Shown one piece after another: positions 46,060-61,571 of a stretch of DNA of 64,000 bases (position 1 is its first letter; every line of letters begins with the position of its first letter). The notes beneath the pieces were generated by a model that did no database searches, was not told the DNA's origin, and saw nothing but the letters and a program-made list of their open reading frames with translations. The stretch is from the human T2T-CHM13v2.0 reference genome, Homo sapiens, in assembly GCF_009914755.1 (NCBI RefSeq), contig NC_060942.1. One strand, written 5' to 3'. The position numbers were made by a program, and so were the translations under genes.

Positions 46060-46719
46060 TTACAATATTCCAGCAATGTGGTAGTCTAGTCTAAGCCTGT
46101 TTACTGCTGATAATCCAGAATTCATTGAATACCAAAGCAAAGACCTAATCTAGGTCTTAGATTGAGTTGAAACATGACTCCTCATGACTTCTAGCCTTTT
46201 TCTGGGTTTTACTTTCCATCGCGATATATAAAGAGAATGCTGTCTCTTTGGACATAGTTGAAGAGAGCTAGCTAGCTTTTGTGTGCCCTGATCATCTGCC
46301 TTTCTCTTACACACCTTTATTTGGTGGGGGGTGGAGGGCAGGGACGGAGTCTCGTTCTGTTGCCCAGGCTGGAATGCAGTGGTGCGATCTTGGCTCACTG
46401 AAACCTCTTCCTCCCGGGTTCAAGCAATTCTCTGCCTCAGCCTCCCGAGTAGCTGGGATTACAGGTGCCTGCCACTACACCCAGCTAATTTTTGTATTTC
46501 TAGTAGAGATGAGGTTTCACTATCTTAGCCAGGCTGGTCTTGAACTCCTGACCTCGTGGTCCACCCGCCTTGGCCTCCCAAAGTGCTGGGATTGCAGGGA
46601 TGAGCCACCGTGCCCAGCCCAAAATAAACACCTTCTTTAGCATGTTCGTTTATGTATGATTTTAAACTCCCTCTCCATTTTCCCCCTCTCTTCTATGAGA
46701 ATGTTTTTATTTGCCTGTG

Positions 46720-46830
46720 TTGCCCTAAAAATGCAATGCTTAGAATTGAACACGCAGTTCCAGATGAGGTCTGACCAGTGTGAAGTACAATGCAATGTTC
46801 TCTTCTACCATCTTGACAGTGTACTTCTTA
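46720..46830. mobile_element. L3/CR1-like ancient LINE fragment
   Basis: agaattgaacacgcagttccagatgaggtctgaccagtg resembles the conserved L3/CR1 RT segment (from recall). Confidence 0.5.
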
Positions 46831-47295
46831 TAATGTCATTTAACAAATAGAAAGTTAAAGAAAAAAGTTTTACAGCTATTGGAATGTATGTAGCTGGCAA
46901 TCCAAAAGTATTTCTGAATGTTGTTAAACAAAAAGCCAGGCTGGGAATGGTGGCTCATGCCTGTAATCCCAGCACTTTAGGAGGCCAGTGTGGGAGAATC
47001 ACATGAGCCCAGGAATCAAGACCAGCCTGAGCAACATAGCTAGACCCCCTTCTCTACAAAAAAAATTAAAAATTAGTCAGGCATGGTGGCATGCACCTGT
47101 AGTTCCTGCTACTCAGGAGGCTGAGGTGGGAGGAGTGCTTGAGCCCAGGAAGTCGAGGCTGCAGTGAGGTATAATCATGCCACTGCACTCTAGCCTGGCC
47201 AACAGAGTGAGACCAAAAGAAAGAATAAAGAAAAGAGACCGGGCACGGTGTCTCATGCCTGTAACACCAGCACTTTGGGAGTCCGAGGCAAATCA

Positions 47296-47862
<567 letters not shown>

Positions 47863-48889
47863 TGAGCCACTGCACCCAGCCTATTTTTGTTTTTAAGAAA
47901 ACTTGCAGAACAAGGCCAGCCACTGTGGCTCAAACCTGGAACCCCAGTGCTTTGGAAAGCTGAGACAAGAGGATCACTTGAGGCCCAAAGTCCACCGCCA
48001 GGATGGGCAACATAGTGAGACCCTGTCTCTGCCAAAAAAAAAAAAAAATTTAAATTAACCAGTTGTGATGGCTTGCACCCATAGTCCTAGCTACTCATGA
48101 GACTGAGATGGGAAGTTTCTTGGGCCCAGGAGTTTGAGGCTGCAATGAGCTATAATGTGCCACTGTACCACAGCCTGAGTGATAGAGTAAGACACTGTCT
48201 CTTAAACAAACAGGCTGGGCTTGGTGGCTTATGCCTGTAATCCCAGCACTTTGGGAGGCCAAGGTGGGGAGATCGCTTGAGGTCAGGAGTTCAAGACCAA
48301 CCTTGCCATGATTGTGAAACCCCATCTCTACTAAAAATACAAAAATTCACTGGACATGGTGGCACATGCCAGTAATCCCAGCTACTCAGTGTTGGAAATA
48401 AGAGCTCAGAGTTGTAAAGAAAATGAGCATTCAAATAAAGGATTTCTCAGCAAGGCAAATGTGCTTCTGCAGAAGGGTGCTGCTCATTCTTGTCACTGCA
48501 AGAGCACACTGAACAAAGAAGGGAATGGGTTTTTATCCCTAACACAGTCAGTCCCTACTACTGTGTCCAGTCCCCATTGGCTGGGGTCAGACTGCACAAC
48601 CTAAGCTGATTCTGATTGGCTACATAAAAATGGAGCAGGGGTGGGAGCTACAGCGGTGGGAAGAGCAGTTTCGGAACTAAGGGTGCCAAGTAATGCACAG
48701 ATGTGGATTGTTACAGATTGGGAACGGATGTGGGTTACAGATTGGGAATGGATGTGGATTACAGATTGGGAATGGCTGGAAATTTTTTACCATAACTAGG
48801 GGCAAGGAGGCAAGGAAGATAGGCTTTGAAAATAGAGGACAATGGATCTTTGAAGAGGAACTCAATGTTTCCTACTACTTCCCCCTCTT

Positions 48890-49110
48890 GATTTTCATAA
48901 TTCTTCCTCTTCAAACTCTTTAACATGTCTTGACTCTGCTGTTCTGCTTGGTTTTCTAAAAGTAGGAGTTTATCTGAGTAAGGTGGGGGAGAATTAAAGG
49001 TTTTGGTGAGAGCTGTTTCTATAAGTCTCTGCACCAATCCATGAATACAGGGTATGATGCAGCATCCTACAAGAATAAGTACACCTATAACAATTGCAAG
49101 AGGTAAGGCC
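48890..49110 (-). pseudogene. ERV env transmembrane and cytoplasmic tail remnant
   Basis: LAIVIGVLILVGCCIIPCIHGLVQRLIETALTK lies just upstream of the PPT. Most of env is deleted. Confidence 0.75.
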
Positions 49111-49488
49111 TTGTAATGCCTTTGTAGTTGTTCCACTGGGGGCTATGTTATTAGGGATGGAATAAGGACAGGACAGACTGGTTGGTAAGCTCTTGGAAGG
49201 GGTTAAGCTCACTGCATCCCATTACGTCTCCAAGGAATGCTAAGTTTTCCTCCTGTCATGAGAGACAGGAGGTAAAATTGGCATCAGGAGACAGAGGCTG
49301 GATGGCCCTCGGAGGCTGACCCACAGGGTGTCAGACTTTAGGGAGTAGCAGAGAAAGAGATCAGCAGAATTCATTACCCCAGGCTGTGGGGTCTTGGAAG
49401 AGAGCTACCATAAAGCTCATGCCCTGTCGAATGGAAGACCATCCAAGTGGTCACTGGGTATGGAAGGGATAAAGGAGGTATAGGAGGG

Positions 49489-51760
49489 TTAAATTGTTAT
49501 TAGCTTTAGTTTGGTAGGACTCTCCTCCGGAACAATGGCCCATGACTCTGGAAGTGGTGACACCTTCTTGACTTGGGTATGATGAGTCCATCCTCTTTCT
49601 GCTGTTTGGACTGCAGTCTCAGTGGTTACAAGCACTAGGTAGGGTGCTTCCCAAGCTGGTTCTAGTTTTCCTTCTTTCCAACTTTTGATGAGGACATAAC
49701 CCCCAGGCTGATGCTGGTGTGCTGGGAACTCTAAGGGTGGCACCTGTGCTAAAAGACCTTTAGTTCTGAGAGAAGAGAAAGTGGAAGATAGACCGAGTAT
49801 ATAATTTCTGAGAAACTGATCTTTTGTTTCAAACATAGGAATGTCAGCAGTGGAGTGTAAATAGGGCAGCCCATATAGCATCTCATAAGGAGATAAACCA
49901 ACATCTTTCTGAGGGGCAGTTCAGATTCTTAACAAGGCAATGAGTAGGCATCTAGTCCATGGCAACTGAGTCTTTTAAGACTAATTTGGTTAAGTGACTC
50001 TATTTTCTCCACTCTTCCCCAATGAAGGTGGGTGCCAGGGAGTATGGTATTCCCATGTTATGTCTAGTGCTTGGGTTAATTTCTTAATGACATGCACAGT
50101 GAAATAAGTCCCATTATCTGAACCAATATTTTCTGTTAGTCCATACCTGGGTATAATATTTTCAATCAATGGTTTGACTACATTATTAAGTTGCACTTGA
50201 AAAGGGAATAGCTTCCACCCAGTGAGTAAGGTGATCTACTATCACTAATAAGCACTTTAGGCGAATGAATGAGGGCATTTCAGTGTAATCAACTTGGACA
50301 CTTTGGAATGGTCTTAATCCTGGACTTCTTCACCAAGGGGTGGTTTTCTAAGGGTCTACTTATTAGTCTTTTTGCATATTAGGCAACTATCTGTAACTTG
50401 TCTTGCCAGAGTATAAATTCTTATACATCCATAAACCCTGAGAACTGCATCACACATAGCTTGAGGTCCCGTTTTGATGCAAGTGAGATAAGACTTCTCT
50501 CATGAGGGGTTTGGATAACATTTATCTTTGGTCTGGTAGCACCCATTTCCCTTCTGAATTTTCTTTGGCACCTATTTTCATTGATTTCTCCCTTTCAGTG
50601 GAAGAGAAGATGGGGACTGGTCAGGGGAGGAAGACAAGGGATTAGGTGAAAAGTGGGTGTTTCAGAGGAAATGGCAGCTTGTTTGGCTATTTGATCTGCA
50701 AGGTTATTCCCTCGACTTTCAAAAGAAAGACCTTTTTGGTGTCCTGGGATATGGACAATAGCTGTCTCTTCTGGCAGCTGGAGGTTATCTAATACTTGAG
50801 TGATTAATTGCTTGTGGACAAGGTCTTGGCCTTTGCTATTGAGACCTCGTTCAGTCCAAATTTTCCACAGGTGTGAGCTACCCCGCCTCCAAGGCATACT
50901 TGGAATCAGTATAAATAGTCCCTTCCTGGTTTTGCAAGTGTTTCAAAGCCTGATTTAATGCAAACAATTCACAAGTTTGGGTGGACGAATTGTTAGCCAA
51001 TCTTCCTGACTATATTTCTGCAAGAGCTTCCCCATCAACTACTGAATACCCATTATGTCTCTTTCCTTCAATTACCCAGGAAGGGCCATCCATAAATAAA
51101 TGCTGTCCTGTTTTGAAAGGGGTCTCTCTTAAATTGGGCCTGACTTTTGTGTGATAATCAATTAAATCTAAACACTGATGCTCAGGTCCTTTTAGATTTG
51201 GATTTCCTGTTAGAAAACCTGCTGAGTTAAGTGAGTTATCAGTGGTTAGTGTTAAATCATCTCTTTCTAATAGGATAGCTTCATACGCTAAAATCCTTGA
51301 GTCAGTGAGCCACCATCCTGCTTTCTGGTTTAAAATAGCTCTAACTTGATGGAGTGTGCTTACAACCAAAATTCCCCCAAAAATTAGCTTTCTGCTTTCT
51401 TCAGTTAACAAAGCAGTGGCTGCAATAGATTGAACACATTCGGGCCATCCACAGGTTACGGGGTCTAAAACCTTTGATAGAAAGGCTACAGGTTGCCAGT
51501 GGCCCCCATGTTCTTGGGTAAGTACCCCTAAAGCTACCCCCTTGTTTACATTAACAAAGAGGTAAAATGGCTTTTCTAGGAGTTCCTGCTTAGTTTTAGG
51601 CAAAGTTAGGGATACAATTCCTTCAACTCGCTCAGGTCCTATCCTTCGTTTGTCCTTACTTATTAAGTGCCCTAAGTATTTAACTTCAGGCTCTACAAAT
51701 TGGAGTTTTCCCTTTGAAACCTGTAAGCCTTTTTATCCGAAATGGTTAAGGAGGCCAATG
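49489..51760 (-). pseudogene. ERV pol remnant (RT C-terminus, RNase H, integrase)
   Basis: ORF fragments PVAFLSKVLDPVTCGWPEC, FMDGPSWVIEGKRHNGYSVVD, HIPGHQK...GNNLADQIAK, IGSDNGTYFT...YHTPWHP and KLEPAWEAPYLVLVTTETAV. Multiple frameshifts. Confidence 0.85.
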
Positions 51761-51899
51761 GAGAGTAATTTCAGTGGGCCTTATCCTTTGGAGCCCCCTG
51801 CTGGAAGGTGGATAACATAATACTTGCTTTTTGTTTTTGCTTACGTATACTTTCTGAGCTTCCCTAAGGAGTTCATTCATGGGACGGTCTTTTCAATTC

Positions 51900-52660
51900 T
51901 CTATCTTTTGTCTTTAGCATTCCCTGCCCAAGGGGATCTTCATATTTTCCCAGTGAGCTGCATTGTTATTGTCCCACTGGGGGTCTTAGGCGGAGAATTT
52001 TTGGTCTGCGGCGGGAACATTTTGATGTGAGAATGTTCGTGTTCCCAAATTACCATAGCAGCTCTACAGATTATTCTCCTTTCTTCCCCTGAAAAGAGGA
52101 TGCCCATGATGGACATTAATTCAGCCCAAGTATATAATTGGAGTCCTAAAAATTGGTCAATTTTATCTGCCACTCCATAAGGGTCATCTAACAGTGGCTT
52201 GACTTTTTTTTCAAATTTCAAACTTCTGAGCTGGTTAAAGGGACATTCACAAAGCCAATGGCTCCCCCTCCTATGGGCACCTCTCTTAAGGGGAGGAATG
52301 TTGGAGCTGATTCCCTAGAGGTAGAGGGGAAAGGGAAGTTCTGAATATCCTTTTTACATTGCTCTACCTCACGTTGAAATCCTTTTAGGGAAGGGTACTT
52401 AGGAGCAGGCTCATGCAATGATAGTTCCCAAAAGTCAGGGTCATAAGGAGGAGGAACAACGTGAGTAAGGGAAGGATCTGGGGCAGTAGTGGCTGTCTGA
52501 GGGGGAGGGAAGTTAGGATCAGGGGCATTAAGCAGGGGAAGGTGGTCTACAGGATCCCATACTCTGGTGGACTGTTTGGAGGTAAGGACCCTATTCTTTT
52601 CTGAGGAGTTGGTTTCTGACTTACTTCCTGTAGTTTTTAGGGGATAAAGGAGACTGGGGG
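51900..52660 (-). pseudogene. ERV gag remnant
   Basis: A Pro-rich PPPY region, and ORF fragments PLREVPIGGGAIGFVNVPLTSSEV and KPLLDDPYGVADKIDQFLG...ILFSGEERRII, are capsid-like. Frameshifted. Confidence 0.75.
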
Positions 52661-53503
52661 TTTCCCATCCTGGAGATTTGACCTGAGGCCCAATCCCTCA
52701 TCCTAGAGATTTCTTACCTTTCCTTTCTCTAAAGGCTCAACCCCCCTTACTGGAGATTTCTTGCCTTTCCTTTCTCTAAAGGCTCAACCTCCCTTACTGG
52801 AGATTTCTTGCCTTTATCCCGACCACCAAGGAAATACTGTGTCGCCCCCCACGACGTTTCTTACCTTGGTCTGTGCACAGAGTTACCTGGTTGCTGCAGT
52901 ATGTGAGGATCCTTTCTGCCCACATTGCTGAGTGTCCAGATTTATTCATCACACCGGGTAGGGCCCAATTCCTTACCCTGAGGCCACCACAACAAGGCAG
53001 TGGGATGCTTCTCCTCATGGGAGGGGACTGAAGACCCTTTCCCAGAGGAGAATGGGAATCCCAGATGAGCCCGGGAAATAAGAGCTCGGAGTCACAAAGA
53101 AAATGAGCACTCAAATGAAGGATTTCTCAGCAAGGCAAATTTACCTCTGCAGAAGCGCTGCTCGTTCTTCTGGTCACTGCAAGAATACACCAAATGAAGA
53201 AGGGAATGGGTTTTTATCCCTAACACAGTCAGTCCCTACTACTGTGTCCAGTCTGCATTGGCTGGGGTGGGACCACACAATCTAAGCTGATCCCATTTGG
53301 CTACTTCAAAATGGAACAGGGGTGGGAGCTACAGCAGAGGAAAGAGCAGTTTCGGAACTAAGGGTGCCAAATAAGGAACAGGTGTGGGTTGTTACAGATT
53401 GGGAATGGCTGTGGGTTACAGATTGGGAACAGATGTGGATTACAGATTGGGAATGGATGTGGGTTACAGATTGGGAACAGCTGAAAATTGTTTACCATAA
53501 CTA

Positions 53504-53746
<243 letters not shown>

Positions 53747-53859
53747 TTATGGGACCTTTAATTTTGTATCCACCTTCTCAGTATATTTGATATACTGGCT
53801 TCACATGGATACTTCACCTTTTTCAAGGATCAATTTCATTAGCATCAGTAGCCACTCTC

Positions 53860-54103
53860 TTTTTTATTTATTTTAACTTTCATTTTAGTGTCAAGGGTAC
53901 ATATGCAGGTTAGTTATATGGGTACATTGCATGTCTCAGGGGTTTGGAGTACAGATTATTTCATCACCCAGGTAATAAGCATGCTATCTGATAGGCACTT
54001 TTTCAGTCCTCACCCTCCTCCCACTCTCTGCCCTAAAGCAGGCCCCAGTGTCTGTAGTTCCATTTTTTGTGTCCATGTGTATTCTGTGTTTAGCTCCCAC
54101 TTA
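53860..54103 (-). mobile_element. Old L1PA 3' end fragment
   Basis: ttttaactttcattttag...acagattatttcatcacccaggtaataagcat...tttagctcccactta. Confidence 0.8.
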
Positions 54104-54337
54104 CTACTTTCATTTAACTCAACTTTAAAGCAATCTGCCAGCTCAGAAGTGATTCTTGCCTGAACAGAATTCCACTGGATAAGACCTACTCCAAGCATGA
54201 ATACATAGTGAATGTTGACCAGCTATTGTTGGATATTGGCAGCAATAAATGATGTCATGTTTTTTCTCCAAGAGGGAAAGGAGAATGTTATCGGAGGAAG
54301 CATCCATAACAGGAAACTGGCATGATCTGTTTTCTAA

Positions 54338-54713
<376 letters not shown>

Positions 54714-56331
54714 TGAGGAAATGTTTTCTGTGATAATGATAGTGATCATGTAAAAGAATGGCCTGATCTAAAGGAATCACCGTTTTGTCCAAACAGGTGG
54801 TTACTGGGAACAGAATGTAAAAATAATTTGCTCACTGTTGTATCTCCAGCAATTGATACAATGCTTGGTAAAAAGCAGATCCTCAAAAAAAAAAAAAAAA
54901 AAAAAAAAAACAACTTTAGAAAGTAAATAAAGAAAGGGGGAAGAGAGGAAAGCCAAGAGAATGAGGAAAGAAGTTTCAAGAACATCAGATAAAAGCCCAA
55001 ATATTGATGCAGGAGAGGATCTCCAAAATCTATGTCCAACTTCCTTATTTTAGATATAGGAACTGCAGACACAGAGGAGTTCACTAACTTCCCAGGGTTA
55101 TAATATCTCAGGCTAGATGGTTACTGTGTCATTCCCAGATGTTAGGATTTTGGACTGGTGTGTGTGTGTGCGTGCGTGCACACACGAGAGTGACTGTTGC
55201 CCAAGATGGAGTGCAGCCTAAGTAATTTTTGTGTTTTTGTAGAGACAAGGTATCCTCCCCCTGTTGCCCAGGCTGGTATTGAACCCCTGGGCTCAAGTCA
55301 TCCACCAGCCTCGGCCTCCCAAAATGCTGGGATTACAGGCATGAGCCACTGCACCTGGCCAGGACTTTGGACTTCAGTCTTCTTAATGTAACACTAGTGG
55401 AGCTACAGGAAGTATCATCAAAGGAAGACCCTGGGATCTTGCACTCTGACTCCAGATTAGCATGCTGAGATTGGAGGAAGCTTGAGAAGTCTTAGCCACA
55501 GACTTGGAAGAAACTCTGGGATTTAAATGAGAGAGCAAAAGCAAGACATAGTGGAGCAATTTAATTCTAAACACCAGACTAAAACTGAGCAAATCCACAG
55601 GTGCTGTTATTTCCTTACTGTCAATGGTCTATACTTCTCTACACACATGCACCATTGTCCCCTCTTGCTAACAATCTGGGTTAGACTGCAGTAGTTAAAA
55701 CTCAGGGACAAAAATTAGCTCTCTCAGAGATTATAATTTGCCAGTAGAATTCAGAGACTGTGATGGCACAGATGATAGTGGCTTCTCTCGACATCTGTAC
55801 TGGGGCATGTGAATAGATGTAATCCTTGGAATACAGCAAAAAGTTCTGCAGCCAATCATTGGAAAAAGTGGAGTTACACAGATTTCTTCACGGTGAGACT
55901 TTATAAGGCCTTTAACAAACTAATATGAGTTTTGAATCTCAAAAAGGCAAATTGGTTCGTAGACTTTCCAAACTTTTTTGACCCGTACACTCCCTACTTT
56001 GATTTTGAGGACTTATTTTCCAAGGGACTATAATTCCCCAATGGTTGTTCTTTTTTTTGTTTTTAAACTGTGATTTCATATCATAAACCAGTTCACACAT
56101 ACTTCTAAAGGTAAAACTAAGACAAAGGTTTCATAAAATATTACGTACTTTTTCTTTTTTTTGAGATGGAGTCTCACTCTATTGCCCAGGCTGCAGTGCA
56201 GTGGTGCGATCTCGGCTCACTGCAACCTCCGCCTCCCGAGTTGAGGTGATTCTCCTGCCTCAGCCTGCCGAGTAGCTGGGACTACAGGTGTGTGCCACCA
56301 TGCCCGGCTAATATTTTCTTTTTTTTTTTGA

Positions 56332-56631
<300 letters not shown>

Positions 56632-56720
56632 TGAGTGTTTTGAAGGCCAGGACTATGTCTTATTCTTCTTGGTATCACCAGCACCTAGTATAATACTGTG
56701 TACAAAGTAGGCCTCAATAA

Positions 56721-57233
<513 letters not shown>

Positions 57234-58495
57234 TAAAAGTAGGAGTCAGAGAAACCCAAGTCCGTGAGTTGGCCAAGAGACTGAAAAGACCCTCAAGAGA
57301 AAAGACGGGATGGGAGGAAGGCAGCTGGAATCACAGCCAAGGCAGCACTACAATGTGCTGGAACTCCCCAGCATTCTGACCCAATGACCTACTTCGTGCA
57401 AGGCTGGGAGTGCTGTAGATTACAGCAAGGTGTAACAACAGAGCCCTATAAGTGCAAAACACCCTGTGCCTATGTGCCCTTTTTTGAGAACTACTTGTAC
57501 TTTAACCAGATGATTGGATTAACAGCAGCGCTTGCCCTATTGCAGGAAGTGTGACTATTTTCTCAGAGTAAAACAGGCACTAATTTTGGGACTTGGCCCT
57601 GGCTCACATAGGAAGGGGGCGGGAGAGTCTGACTCAACTGACAATGGAAGTCCAGCCAGGAGAGCAAAGAACAATGTCCTCAGGTAAGGCCATTAGTGTC
57701 TGGCACATCTGTGGCTTGGTGGTGACTTCCATTCACCAACCAGCCTGGGTTTTGGGGACAGGCTCTCAGGCCCCAAGGAGAGAGTAGGCAAATGCAAGGC
57801 AAAGCTCTCAAGCCAGAAGAAGTATGGAGAGTGGGCCTGGCAGTACCGTATGAACCTGCTGTCTTGATATAATGATAAATAACATGCTTTTTTGTCCTCA
57901 ACGGGCTCCTACTTAGGACGATAAATTATATGTCATTTTCCGCATGGAATACTTGGAAGAATCCCAGAAAAACAACTTTGCAACAGGAACCAAGGCAAAA
58001 GCCAGCTTTATAAACTGGGTCAAGAAAGAATCCAGGTGGGAACTATGGCCCACCTTGGATAGGAAAAGCAGGCTATCCTTGTAGTTACTAGAAATCTCAG
58101 AGACAGTACTACCCATATCCTATGCAGAAAGCAATGACGGTCTTTGTCCTTATTAACAATGGCACCCGCGATCCTCCAAAATGCAGGGGGAGATAGTCTT
58201 CCTATATTGGTGTTTCTGTTATCAGACTCATCATTGAGAATCACTACTATTTATCCCTGAAGAAGAGAATGTTTTGCACAGGGTGTTCTTTCCAAATATA
58301 TGGACAAGACAGTCTGCTACATCATGCAGAGGTTGCAAGTTGCTTATAAACTAATTGGAAAGTTAAATAATTATAAAAGATTTAAATAGTAGTCCAAGAG
58401 AGCAACAGAAGAGTTATCAAAAACTCATGCCTGGTTAATAGTCAAACCAGTTGTGTTAGCTGTAATGTTTATGAGAGTTCAAAGAGAAAGTGTAA

Positions 58496-58848
<353 letters not shown>

Positions 58849-59762
58849 TAGGTCTTGAAGGACTTCCCATTTATTAAGTACTTACTATTTGCCAAACATT
58901 TTCACATATGGATTATTATTTCTTAGAACAATCCTATGAAATAGGCATTGGTATCCATAGTCTACAAAGGAGGGAACTGAGACGCTGAGAGTTTAAGCAA
59001 CTTTTCCTAGGTCACCCAGCCAGTAAAAAGCATAGAGGTTCAGACCCATATGTATGTTACTTCAAAGTTTCTGTTTTTTCTGAAGCGGGGGAGTTGGGGG
59101 AAGAAAAAGAAAGGAAACCAGAGGCTTCCAGTCAGGTTGAACAAGCTCAGCTAAGTCTAATAATGGAAGGTATATTTGGAGTTCTCCAAATAGCCCTATT
59201 TGATAGGAGTAGAAATTTCAGGAAAGTGAAAGGGTGGCATTCCACCTAAAAAGTTAAGGAAGGAGTAGTTTGTGAAAGGCCTTAAATAGCAGTGCAAAGA
59301 GTTGTGGGGAACTATTTATGTTTGAGCTTGGCCCTCTATGCGTGGAGCCAAAGATAGGGCATGGAGCTCAGGGTCCTAGGTTGTACCCATTGAGGTTGAA
59401 AGGGCAAGGGCAAGGTTTCTGATATCAAAAGAGAATATAGGCTAAAACTAGAAGGTACAGATAACCTGCAAACTAGAAAGGAAAATAAGAAATGCTAGTG
59501 TCATGTCATATAAGAGCTTTAGAGTCAGTTGAGTTTAGATCTTGGCTTTCCCACTTATTATATGTATGACATTCAGCTGGTCACTCAACATCTTTCAGAT
59601 TCAGTTTCCTAAATTATGAAATATACCTACTTTATATTAGACTTTGTGGTTGACTCCCCCAAATCCTTTCCACCTCAGTTGATCCATCTAAAGCCATCAT
59701 GATAATCCCATTCTCCTTGCTAATGATTGGCCCAGGGATGGCTAATGAAATATGCAGAAGAA

Positions 59763-60115
59763 TACAATGGACCGAACTCTGTCGTCCCAAAATTCCTATG
59801 TTGAAGCTCTAACTCCCAGTGTGATGGTATCCGAAGATAGAGCCTTTGGGAGGAAATTAGGTTTGGAAGAGGTCATGAGGGTGGGGCCTTCATGATGGGA
59901 TTAATGTCCTTGTGAAAAGAGACACCAGAGAACTTGCTTGCTCTCTCCCTCTCTGCCATGTGAGGACACAATGAGAAGATGGCCATTTCCAAGCCAGAAA
60001 GAGAGTCCTCACCTCACCTTACCAGGGTGGCACCCTGCTCTTGGACTTCCAGCCTCCAGAACTGTAAGAAAATAAATTTCTGTATTTTGTTATGTCAACC
60101 TGAGCTGGCTAATAA
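59763..60115 (+). mobile_element. MLT1A-type MaLR LTR
   Basis: cccaaaattcctatgttgaagctctaactcccagtgtgatggtat...gccatgtgaggacaca...ttccagcctccagaactgtaagaaaataaatttctg. Confidence 0.8.
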
Positions 60116-61253
60116 AAAGGACTTAATGGACCCAACATGGAAGCTCACGCCTATAATCCCAGCACTTTGGGAGGCTGATGCAGGCAGATGACCTGAGGTC
60201 AGGAGCTCGAGACCAGCCTGATCAACATGGAGAAACCCCATCTCTACTAAAAATACAAAATTAGACAGGCATGGTGGCGCATGCCCGTAATCCCAGCTAC
60301 TCGGGAGGCTGAGAGAGGAGAATCACGAACTCAGGAGGCGGAGGTGGCAGTGAGCCAAAATCATGCCATTAACCTCCAGCCTGGGCAACAAGAACGAAAC
60401 TCTGTCTCAAAAAAAAAAAAAAAAAAAAAGGGCTTAATGGGGGGGCTGCTAGGTAAGTAGGTAAGTTTTCCCTTGCTCTTGCTCTTCTAAGGGAAACCAT
60501 GGTCTCTTTTTTACTTCATATATCAAAAAACACAGAAATATTGCCAACTGCTACCAGTACCCATTCCACCCCACCAAGAACAAACCAACTTGAGAACAAA
60601 GCTAATGTATATAATTGGGCAGAATTTCAGGGAAATGGAGAGAGAACCCTGATCAAATCATACCTGAAGTCAATAGCGCAATATTATGGCACTTCCTGTT
60701 ATTTGGGCCAATATAATTTCTTTCTTTTTTTTTTTTGAGATGGAGTTTCACTCTTGTTGCCTAGGCTGGAGTGCAATGGCACAATCTTGGCTCACTGCAG
60801 CCTCCGCCTCCCAGGTTCAAGCGATTTCTTCTGCCTCAGCCTCCCGAATAGCTGGGATTACAGGCATGGGCCACCACGCCTGGCTAATTTTGTATTTTTA
60901 GTAGAGACGGAGTTTCTCCCTGTTGGTCAGGCTGGTCTCAAACTCACGACCTCAGGTGATCTGCTTGCCTCAGCCTTCCAAAGTACTGGGATTACAGGCG
61001 TGAGCCACCATGCCCAGCTGAGCCAATACAATTTCTTATTGTTTAAGTGAATTTGCGTCAGGTTTATGTTACTTGCAGATTATAGCAACCCAGGGTGACT
61101 GGGAGAATAAATCCTAATAATTAAAGATTTTAGTGTAGTGTGTAGTACATATATATAAAAATGATAGCTATTAATATTATTTTAGGTAGAGACCTAATTT
61201 GTAAGTCACTCAATGTAGTGATCATGACTGGGAGATCCATTAGAAGTCACCTA

Positions 61254-61538
<285 letters not shown>

Positions 61539-61540
61539 TC

Positions 61541-61571
<31 letters not shown>

